64,000 nucleotides of DNA, taken from contig PDIP01000021.1 in the NCBI GenBank assembly GCA_002811645.1, forward strand, positions 1-64,000. The letters are read 5' to 3'. Positions within the stretch are counted from its first letter, which is position 1, and every line of letters begins with the position of its first letter. The notes beneath the pieces were generated by a model that was not told where the DNA came from, searched no databases, and saw only the letters and a program-made list of their open reading frames with translations. Below, in pieces: positions 12,259-22,500 of the stretch. The stretch comes from Corallochytrium limacisporum Hawaii (taxonomy: Eukaryota > Protista > Pluriformea). A program made the translations under genes and the position numbers.

Positions 12259-12960
12259 CTACGTGGAGGCGGGGCTGATGGGCTTTGCGGGCGATGGCAC
12301 GGTGGTGGGCGTCGAGGAGGAGGAGGACGACGATGACGCCCTATTCCCGGCAACTGCTGCTGTCTTCGGGCCCAGACTATCCCGTGTACATTTCGCAGAC
12401 GAGCGGTAAACACCGAGACGTTCGGCATGGTCTCGGTCCCGCAGCAAGCGCCAGTAGCCGGGGAGCGCCGCGGTGCTCATGAATGCCGCTTCGGACGGCG
12501 GAAATATTTTGCAAAGGACTCGCCCTTGGACAAGGGCCATCGGTACGGCACCGTAGGAGCGAGAATCAGTGGAATTGCTGAGGTTGTCCCCGAGCAGCCA
12601 CAGGTGGCCCGGTGGCACCAGGTGTATCTCACCGTGAGGTTTACGCGGATCACGCAGCACAGTCTCTCCCGCAATGGCTGCAATCCGTTTACAAACTGTC
12701 TGTTTCGGATCGCTTGGAGACGTCGCGACGACGATGTCTCCCGGTTTTAATTTGCCCAACTGTGTGCTGATTTTTTCGAGAACAACAATGTCTCCCTTCG
12801 AATTAAAGGTCGGCACCATACTCGGTCCAACGCACATTCTGACTTCTGCGACATACTCGCTGAACAGGTGCAGGCAGGCGCTAAAGTGCAACAGGCCCAG
12901 GAACAGGATGCCTCCTTCCTTCACCTTTGGGGACAGTCTGGACCAGGTTGGTGCAGACAT
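12259..12960 (-). CDS. IMP1: Mitochondrial inner membrane protease subunit 1 (S26 peptidase)
   Basis: Catalytic Ser in GPSMVPTF and Lys in CKRI, plus VPPGHLWLLGDN and STDSRSYG. Low-complexity C-terminal tail. Confidence 0.9.
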   Translation of the reverse strand: MSAPTWSRLSPKVKEGGILFLGLLHFSACLHLFSEYVAEVRMCVGPSMVPTFNSKGDIVVLEKISTQLGKLKPGDIVVATSPSDPKQTVCKRIAAIAGETVLRDPRKPHGEIHLVPPGHLWLLGDNLSNSTDSRSYGAVPMALVQGRVLCKIFPPSEAAFMSTAALPGYWRLLRDRDHAERLGVYRSSAKCTRDSLGPKTAAVAGNRASSSSSSSSTPTTVPSPAKPISPAST

Positions 12961-13682
12961 TCGGCGTGTTCTGCTGAAAACAAGTCTCTACTACACCCTT
13001 CACATTGCTTAGAACAAATTCTTGAGGAACTGTTTTCCGGGTGTCTGTTCTGCCTGTCTCTAGCAATAAAATGGCAACTTTCTGCAAATTCGTCCAGTGA
13101 GGTTTGAGGAAGGTGTTCTTTTTAGGGATGTCAAAGTAATACCATGGCTTGTCTAGTTTCGAAATACCTGTGCCTCGTGAGTTCAATGCAACGCACGGGG
13201 ACAGTGCGCCCGCTCCCCGGCAAACATTCGCCTTCTCCACGGGGGTTTCGGGGACCGTGGCGGGAGCCGCGCCCGATACAGCACCCCGAGAGCCCAGTTT
13301 CTGATATTTGCATATATTTAATAGGAAAATGCTGTTCGTAAGGATTCAATAGCGATGGTATGAGGAGTATGTGGCTCTTTTTCTTGGCAAGGAGGAGGGG
13401 GACCGGAGAAACTACGGCGGAGGATCGAGTCTCCAGCTACCCCGTACAAACCGGGTTTCTTTGTTTTCCGGCCTTTTCTTTCTTATCTGAAACATTTTGC
13501 TTTTCGTGATTTGGTCTGTAAATTGTGATCTGTACCGATCAAGTCACGTAGATGAAACTACGTTTTGTGGACAGCGATCATGCGTGTGTTCTGGCCATTA
13601 CACCTGGTAGTCTGTCCACATGACACAGACATACATTAAATAGAGATGGAGATGTGTTTGGGGATCATCATGGACCAGGTCT

Positions 13683-16385
13683 ATGGATGAACTAAAGGAA
13701 CTTCAGCGGCAGCTGCGGGACCTGCAGACTCCCGGAGACCCTGGAGTGGTCAAGAAGGACACTGCTGCCCAGAGGCAAGCTAGGCCGTCTCAACAGTATG
13801 CGTTCTCAGATCACGTCGCGGTGGAGATCGTGGTCTCTGCTCTCCTCAACGGTAGTATCCCTTCCCTGGAGAAATTAAAGAGGAAAGCTGCCACTGTTCC
13901 TGATACTGCACTTGAACGGCTGGCAAGTGGTGAAGGATTCATTACGTGGGCTCGGTTGCGTCATGATCTGTACAGCATGTTGGGTCAGCGCAGGAGATGC
14001 ACATTCAATGAAGCCGCCACAACTCTAGACGTGGATGTCTCTTCCGTGAAGGCCATGATTGCAGCCGAGCTGGCTAAGCCACAGTCGGATCGGATCATAG
14101 ACTTTCTAATGAGCGGGGATGAGATCTTTGCGGCTGAGTACCTGGATCGGGTGGCGAGTCGAATCAACGAATTGCTTTACCGACGGGGCATGCTGTCCTT
14201 TGAGGACGTTTGTCGGAGTCTGGTCGATGTGCCCGTGAAGATCGTCAGGGCTGTGATGGAATCATGGCGTATTGGCATGTTGATCAAGGGTCAGTACAAC
14301 ACATCTAATCGCACTCTGTATACAGAGTCTTTTATGCAGCGGCAGGAGGCTATGGTGACAGGATCTCTTAGAGGCACGCTCATGAAAACTCCCATCGTTG
14401 ATGTCCTGGTTGAGGACCCAGTGCTGGGAAAATCTTTGAACCGAAAACAGGCAACAGATATACTATTATCGATGATCCGTGCCCAACCAACCGGTAATCC
14501 CCAACTTTTTCCTTCAGGAGACCTTGTCCGGCACGGAGGTGGACAAACAGTACGTCTCGACTTTACCCCCGAAGTGTACCATAACAAAGTACGGGACCGC
14601 AAATTGGCCAACCTCAAGAGTAACGGGTACATGGCAGTTGATGATCTCGGAGACATAAACAAAGATCTCTTACCACACGGGCGAGTCTTAGGAGGAGCGC
14701 TCTATGTCATGGACGTGCGACTGGACAGTTTCTGCCGAAATATCGGCGACAGGCTCGAGCGTAGTGGTGCTGTGGCCGTGCGTTATGCGCTTCAAACTGA
14801 TGAATCGGTGTTATCACCAGCATTCGGAACCGAAGTTATTGGCAGAGTGGACATTTTAGAGGCACTAATGATTGTGCTACGGGACAGAAGGCTGATCAAG
14901 GAAGGCATCCTGGAACTGCCGGGCCCAGTCTTGGTCAAGGACAGTCTGGTGCTGTCCTTGGTCGAGCCTATCCAAGCCAGTGCAAAGAGCTTCTTTGAGG
15001 TGGAGATGCAGAGCCACAAAGGCAAAAGGAAAGCGAAAAAAGGGCAAAGCCCAACTTATGTCAGCCCAAACGGTATGCTAGATGCGGGACTGCGGAAACA
15101 TTTGACGCAGGACTTGGTCAATGCCGGCATTGATCAAGCCGTGCTCTCTGCCATACTGTCTCAACCAATCGACGCTAGCTCACAGGTTACGGGAAGTTCA
15201 CGGAAGAAATCCAAGACAGCGGCGAAGCGTGACTTCACGGTCAAGGAAGAGATAGAGAATGGGTCGATGGCAAGACTTTTGAATTCCATACTAAGCATAC
15301 GGGACGAGATATTGGACCAGACTTCCGTGGTGAATCGCATACAGGGCTTGTTGGTTGCACAAAGCTGGCACGCACTCCTCTGCCTTTCTGAGACACTCGC
15401 ATTGCTCGCCATGGCTGACTCTTTGGTCGCATCCTTGCTTCCGAAAGACCAGAAGGACCTTCGCAAATTTCAGGTTGCGTGTGGTGAGTATATGCAGACT
15501 GTCACTGTCCCGGAAGTGAATGCACTTATGCATTGTGTTGCGTCCCTCCTCTACGCCGTCCCAGACGCCGATGCGGTTGAGAAATTTTTGTCCACTGACC
15601 TCGGACCCCTGGTTGAGCCGGACGCAACCCCTAGCGACGAGAATATGTTGCGCCAATTTGGTGTCGGCTTATTGCCGCAGATTCGCCAGTCTTCGCTCTA
15701 TGCACAGGCTGCTGAGGACCCGGAGCATCGCCGAGTCCTTCGCAGCTACGTGCCCAACGATGCCATCGCCCAAGCGCTGGAGACGCTGGAGATCGCAGCG
15801 CTGTCAGTTGCACGGAATGCTGTAGATGCATCATTCTCGACAACGTCCACAGTAGTCGCTCAAGCTACAAGGGTCGAAGAGACAGCGCAGACGCTGATGC
15901 AGGAGAGCTACGCTCAGTCGTTTGCAGGGTGGAAGCGTCACTATGCCGAAGTACGCGGGCTAGAAAGCACGGTGGACAGTGCCGGAGACATTGCCGTGCA
16001 CGGCCAACTGCTTATGGGCCAGTGGTTGACAAACTTTGCCACCGCGAGTAGGGCCGCAGCCGGGTATTCGGTTCAGGACGCCACTTATTGCCTTCACTTG
16101 GGGATCTGCATGGCATTCTACCAATGCTCGCAGCCGCAATTGGTTCACATTGGGGGAGGTAAGGCCTTAAGTGCAGCGCTGAAGGCATTGAAAGTCATTA
16201 AATCGGACGCCACCAGTGTGGAGGATGACGTCTTGGTCGGTCTACAGCAGCTGCAAACATTCATCAAAGACGCCATCAAGTCCGGACAAGGGGAAGTCAG
16301 AGATACCGGACTGCAGCCTCTGTTGAAGCACCTGTTTCGGGTGTATGAGCAGCGTCATGTTTCCAGTGCAAGCTGGTCACCCTGA
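13683..16385 (+). CDS. UFL1: E3 UFM1-protein ligase 1 homologue (divergent)
   Basis: Collinear UFL1-type blocks in the N-terminal third: MDELKELQRQL, SDHVAVEIV, GEGFIT, EYLDRVASRINELL, LYTESFMQRQ, FTPEVY...SNGY. Basic KGKRKAKKG region. The C-terminal half is poorly recognisable. Confidence 0.8.
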   Translation: MDELKELQRQLRDLQTPGDPGVVKKDTAAQRQARPSQQYAFSDHVAVEIVVSALLNGSIPSLEKLKRKAATVPDTALERLASGEGFITWARLRHDLYSMLGQRRRCTFNEAATTLDVDVSSVKAMIAAELAKPQSDRIIDFLMSGDEIFAAEYLDRVASRINELLYRRGMLSFEDVCRSLVDVPVKIVRAVMESWRIGMLIKGQYNTSNRTLYTESFMQRQEAMVTGSLRGTLMKTPIVDVLVEDPVLGKSLNRKQATDILLSMIRAQPTGNPQLFPSGDLVRHGGGQTVRLDFTPEVYHNKVRDRKLANLKSNGYMAVDDLGDINKDLLPHGRVLGGALYVMDVRLDSFCRNIGDRLERSGAVAVRYALQTDESVLSPAFGTEVIGRVDILEALMIVLRDRRLIKEGILELPGPVLVKDSLVLSLVEPIQASAKSFFEVEMQSHKGKRKAKKGQSPTYVSPNGMLDAGLRKHLTQDLVNAGIDQAVLSAILSQPIDASSQVTGSSRKKSKTAAKRDFTVKEEIENGSMARLLNSILSIRDEILDQTSVVNRIQGLLVAQSWHALLCLSETLALLAMADSLVASLLPKDQKDLRKFQVACGEYMQTVTVPEVNALMHCVASLLYAVPDADAVEKFLSTDLGPLVEPDATPSDENMLRQFGVGLLPQIRQSSLYAQAAEDPEHRRVLRSYVPNDAIAQALETLEIAALSVARNAVDASFSTTSTVVAQATRVEETAQTLMQESYAQSFAGWKRHYAEVRGLESTVDSAGDIAVHGQLLMGQWLTNFATASRAAAGYSVQDATYCLHLGICMAFYQCSQPQLVHIGGGKALSAALKALKVIKSDATSVEDDVLVGLQQLQTFIKDAIKSGQGEVRDTGLQPLLKHLFRVYEQRHVSSASWSP

Positions 16386-16507
16386 GCTAAACCTGAGCTA
16401 ATAGAATCACTTTTTCATAAGAGTATGTATAACATTACGTTGTATGCCTGAAGGGTCTGTACCAAAGCTCTGAGTTTGTGACACTTTGATATACTTTCTG
16501 TTCGTAT

Positions 16508-19500
16508 TTACGATAGGGTGTACTCAACAAAGAACGCCGGCACAGCACGTTCCGGCTCAAACAGGAGAGTAACCTCTTCGTCAGCCAGTCCAAGGCCCAT
16601 TCCCATTTGCCGACATACGACTGCCGTGAATTGTCGGGCACGCACCTCGTCGAACCATGCTGCATCGCGCTGCATGAGGTCTGTGACCGTGCCGTTGAAG
16701 AGGTAGGTATGGCCTGGCTTCACTACACAGAGCAGGACACGGTGGCGCTTGCCAAGTTCCATGGTGCCGTCCAATCGGCGGTGAAACTGGAAATCTATGA
16801 AATCGAGGTGCGAGCAAAAGACGAGGTCACCGTACCCGTGTGTCTTAGGGTCAGTATTGAAGCCATGTTGTGCCACGTGCCCAATGTCATGATTTCCGCT
16901 CCTGGTTGATGGTTGGGAGGCCGTTCTTCCGCGTAAAGTGCCGCCATAGCAGAGCAGGCGGACGTTGCCACCGTCCTGATTAATGTGGTGGTCCAGACTG
17001 CGCACATGCTTAACAGCGGCGTACTGGAAGCACTTGAGCGCCCGGACGAGGCGGTGGCCTGCACCAAAGAGTGCGAGAAAGCGGGTTAAGGCACCGTACT
17101 CCTCCATTTCCACTCCCGCCAACACATCATCGTCTTCCGTTGATCCGTCATTGCCTCTTACAGTGCCGCCCTCAATGTCCTGAAGCAGTACAGTACTACG
17201 GTTCGCTTCGCTGATGACCGCAGGCGGAATTCGCGCGGATTCGAGCAGAGTTAGGACGCAGGCCGGTGCCGAAGCGCGTGTTGGTGAGTGCGCGAGTTCG
17301 CCTCGCGTGCGTGCTGCCGAGGTCGACGTCGTCATTTCGCGAGCCTTGTGCTGTTCCATCTGACGCTCGACACGAGCATCAATGGCAGCGACAGCATCCT
17401 TCAGACGATCCCGAAGTGGCGGGTGTGAGCTGGAAGCGGACTGCACGCTGCCGTGCTGGCCAAACGCAACTTGTGGCGGGCTGTGGTTGACTGGCGATTC
17501 CACGGCGTGGGTGCCCGTCGAATGCGGGGTGTCATTCGCTCTACCGGCGGCGCTGCTACTATCGCCTATTGTCGACTGGCGTGTTGGAAGATTGTCATGG
17601 TCGCGGAAGAATTCCCGTGCGGCTTCTTGGATGAGACGTTCTTTTGTAGGTGTTGAGAGGCCCTGGGTCGTAGCCTTCAGCGGTTTTCCCGAACGGTCGC
17701 TGGCCTCAAGCACCTGCTGCACCCGCACGAGAGTACCTTCCTCGCGATTTAAGGGAGGGTCAGCGGTGACGCCGCCCGCGGAACCGCTGCTGCGCTTAGC
17801 CGGCGACATGGCGCGTTTGACACCACCTTGCTTCTGTGCCCGTTGTCGGGAGCGCTCTTGGGCAGCCTGTAGCTGATGTTGAGCCGTGATCTGGGCCTTA
17901 CGGTTCACACCAACGGGCTTTAGGACGGCATGATGGACTTTGCGGCCGCTGACGGACGGTGCATGTTGTCTGGCGATCCTGGGCGCAAGATGCGATCTCC
18001 GATGAGGTTGCGGGTGATTCTTGAACAACCCGTTGCTCTGCATCTGCCTACTTTTGCCGTTAGTATGTCCAACATCAAGTGGATACCACGACAGGCCCTG
18101 CGAAGCTCCTCTGGGGGAGGAACTCGGTTCAATCTGTGTCCCTGTGGGCATCGGCGGATCCAGGTCGTCGAGCGAGACAAAGTATGCCGACCCACCCTCA
18201 GCCTGGATTGCCGGTTCATGCGGGTTGGGCACGCGATGTTTCTTCTTGGGCAGGTGGTTGTCAATGTCTGGGACAATTTGAACGTTCTTAAGGTCCACAA
18301 AAAATTCTACACCGCCCTGAGTAGGCAATTTGTGGCCGGCTTCGTTACGGTGCTCTGTAAGATGACGCTGACGCAGACGGTTCTCCTCCTCCTTCACCGT
18401 TTCGCTGTTGAGATCGACAAAGAATTGCACGGATGTGTTGCGTCCGACACCGGCTTCCTGCAACGGCTGCTGCGGGTTCTGCACCCGTTCAGCTTTCATC
18501 GGCGGAGAAGCCGACGTGACGGTGACTGTCGGTGATAGTGCCGCCCTGGGTGCCAACGACTGCTGCGTATGCTGCGTATGCTGCGCCAGTGGTGGGGCTC
18601 TGCGCTTAGTGTGCGTGGCCGCTAACTGAGGCCGTGTCCGCTGCGATACCGTGCGCGCAGGTTGCACAGGCGTACGGCACTGTTGCTGCTGAGATTGTCG
18701 CTTCGTCGCTGAACTATTGTGGCGGATGACACGCACACCCCCGGTGGTAGCCGACATAGATGGTGCCTGAGCTGCAATGGTAATCTGTTTTGCCCTGGAT
18801 GAAGACGAAGATTTCCGTGTCATTTCCGAAGATCTGATTTCCCTCGGTGTAACCTTTACAATGGGCGGTTGGTCAATGATATCCATATCATCCTCGATGG
18901 TATGATTTTCCTTGTTGTGGTCACCTGGCATATCATCGTATTCGTCATCGTCCATGTCCATGTCCGAAATTTCGTAGTCATGGGCCACCTTGCCGATAAT
19001 CTCGCGGCCCGGTTCTGGTGAACCCTGGAGGGTTTCCATGGGCTCATTTTGCCCACCCAGGATGTTTTCTTCGCTATAACGATCCGCACATATCTCCTGC
19101 AAAACGTGGTCATCGTCTTGTGACGCATACGCACCCGAGTGCGCCTGGCGGTTGTCTTCATCATCATCATCAAAAGCATTGCGCAGATTCACTGCCACAT
19201 CCTCTGCGAGCTGTCCCTGATCCTTCTCCTGGACAAAAATCACCTTCGAATTGCTTGTCCCTGGTGAGGCGCCCACAGGCACGCCAGTTCCCGCCGGGGT
19301 AGTTGGGTGGTCCATCATCCGCGGGGTCTCTCCGACAATTTCGTTTACTTGGAACGCAGGAGTAGAGAAGTACGGGCCAGCGTAGGCTGGGCTCGTGGTC
19401 TTGCCCTGGGGCGTGGAGAGTATTTCCGTTTCGAGCACTGAAGCAGGAACAATAGAAGCGGGACCCATCGGTGGTCGTGGTTGCGGTCCGTTTTGTTGTT

Positions 19501-22500
19501 CAGATACGGCAGGAGATGGTACGGCAGACGGCTGGCGAGTCTGGTCCAGCGCAATGTCCGAGACGCTCCTCGGTGCGCCTGTACGGGTCCCACTTCCCTC
19601 AGCAGCAACGGGTGACGAAACCACGTCGGCAGATGACGTGACAAGCGGAGGAGGAGGCGGGGGCAGATTGTTTGCCGGCACCTGGCTCTGCACGGCCTGG
19701 CTGCGACTCAGGTCCATACTAAGCATGCCCGGTGGCATAGTGGTGTCATTGTTGCCCGCAGTACGGGGTGATCCCACAGATCGAGTTTGCTGGGGAATCT
19801 GTGACCCTTGGTGCTGCGTTGTACTAACGTGGGTTGCAACAGTTAGCAAATCCATAGGAATCGTGTGCGGCGTCCGTCCCTTGGCAGTTAGATAACGGAG
19901 GACAGCGTACGAGACAGCATCACTCTCAATACGCTGACCCTCAAACCGATTACGACTAGGAGCCTCTTTCTCGGGAGACCGCAGTCCTACGCTCAAGGGC
20001 GCGTTGGCTTCTTTCATAAAGGATCTTTGCAGGACACTTGTGTTGGAAACAAGGTTTCGCAGTTCCACCAGCTTGCGCTCCCGATTGCTAATGATGTCCT
20101 GGGTGTTTGGCTTAGGCAAGGTCCAGCTCTTGTAGACAGTCGTGTGCGGACCAGCGGTATTTTGAGACTCGTATGCAGCCATAGAGGAAGGCTCCAATCC
20201 TGTATCCTCTTCGGTTTGAATTGCAGAGTCCACTGCGGTGATGGTAGACTGATCTTTCATTTGCGGTGGCGCAGGTACAGGCTTTGAAGAGACGGCCGGT
20301 GGAGGCTGCGACGGATCGGATTTGGTTGCGATCGCGGATGGTGCTGTCATTTCCGTTGTCTCCGTCGTTTCCGTCTCCAGGACTGGTTCATGGTTCGGAA
20401 CAGTCTGGAAGGACATAAAATCTTGATCGTCCAAGTAGTCCAGATCACTAGCCGCGATGGATCCCTGGCGCTTGAAGACGCCTGTGGGCTTGCCAGGCCT
20501 GCGGTACGGACTGTTTTGGATGCTGTGGGTTTCCACATGCCTCATCCTGGTGGGAGGAGGTGCTGGTGGGAGCGTGCCTTGGAACCGTGGTCCAATACCG
20601 CTATCATGCGTATACGTGTCAAACTGTGGTGGGTTGCTCAGAGCCATACCTTTCTCGAGCTCAACACCATCTAGCACTTGTAGCTGCGGAACAGAGCGGC
20701 CAAATGCCACTCTATGCCGACTACGAGCCATGATCACATCATCTGTCGGCTGAAAGCGTGTTGCATCGTCGTATGTACTAAGGTGAGGATAAGATGAATC
20801 GCCTCCACTCCTTGCCTTTGTTTCCAAAGTGACATAGCCGTAAAAGTCCCGATTGAATGGATTGAATCGAGTGTCCAGGTAGCGCAGAGCACCTTGATCA
20901 TACACAAAGCGTAAAATTGCACCGCTGTCCATAATTCGATTTTGGCGCACATCCAGGTGCATCAGGTTCGGTGCATTTAGACCGCTGAGGCTCTGGATGT
21001 CACAGTTCGAAGCCACCAGATACCGAAGTTTTTCATGCACACCCATTGACAGCGAACCCAAATCCTGATTGTAGCTGACATCCAACTCCAAAAGTTGCAT
21101 ACAGTGGTGCAGGCCCCGTAAGCTCTTGAGCTCATTGTGCGATAAATCTAATTTTGTCAAGCTCGGCACCTGGTCCCGCAGGTCTACCGATGTTGTGCGA
21201 TTTCCACTGAAGTTAGCGCTATTAAGAGAAGGCAACCGTTCGAGGCCCTCCAGGATCACCAGCTGGTTGTTCGCCATGTTAAACTCGCATAGATTGGCCA
21301 AGCGAGGCAGATCATGCATACCGGACAGTGGATTGTTCCTGATATCAAGGACCTGCAAAGAATCACAGCCTGCTATGTCACCAAACCGATTGATCTTGTT
21401 GTCACTTACATCCAGCTCCAATAAAGACTTTAAGCCCGAGATACCTGTCAAATCAGTAAGTTCATTCTTGCACAGATTCAATACCCTGATAAAGTGCAGC
21501 GGATACGTGTAGAAGCCCTGCAGCGTGCGAAGTACATTTCCGGACAATTGCAAATCCATCACGTCCCGAGGAATAAGATCTGTAGGCAAAGTGGCAAGAC
21601 CTCGCTGGCTCAAGTCCACACGCAGACCGTATACCTGAGGCACAGTTGGCTCTGGTGCTGACGCCCGTGGTGACGCTTTCACTTGCGGAAGATGTTCACG
21701 CTTCGTCTGCGGTAGAGGGCTCTCTTGCTTGACGACCGCGCTCCTCTTTGAGTTTGGAGTGTGAGGAGGTTCCTGGACGACTATTTCCTTGAGGGACGCG
21801 CCGGTACCGGTGTCAAATTCCAGTATTTTGTTTGGGCTCAAAGCTTCTTCCTCGATCTCGTCTGTACGCTGACTGATCGATCTCTCCATACGCAGCATTG
21901 CTTCACTACTAACTCGCTGTGGTGGCGGAAGTTCCTCCGATTGACGCCGTGGAGTCTTAGAGGCCGAAGATGGCTTTGGTGACGATTCCATGATTGCTTC
22001 ACCTTCCTCTTGCAGATTTAGGACTGTGCTTGCCGATTCCTGCACTGCTGTGTCGTTGACAGTCGTTGTCGGCTCGATTGGTCCTTGTTCCATTTCCAGC
22101 AGCGCTGGAGAAGATGGAACTTGGGGGTTCGGTGCTGGGTTCGGTGCAGATGTTGATGCCTCCACTGATCCTGGGATCTTTTCCAGTCCCCCCTTGCTGT
22201 TAAGTTTACCCAGGTCCAAAGCTTTCGGTGCCTGGTAGAAATCGTCGCTTTCAATCTCCGACTTTGTAAACATAGTCTTCAATTTACTTTTTTGCCACGG
22301 TGTTGGCTTCGCGCTAGGATCCTGACCTCGCATGACCAGCGTGGAGTCCAAGGCATGATGCTTTCCGTAGCGTGGACTGTGAGGTGATCGTGGACTCCGC
22401 AGGCGATCTGCAACACGTGGACTTTGCGGTGAAATGGTGTTCATCTTCTGGATTTCCGTCAATCGCGCCGGTGTCCGCCAGGTCACGCCCGTACCTACAG

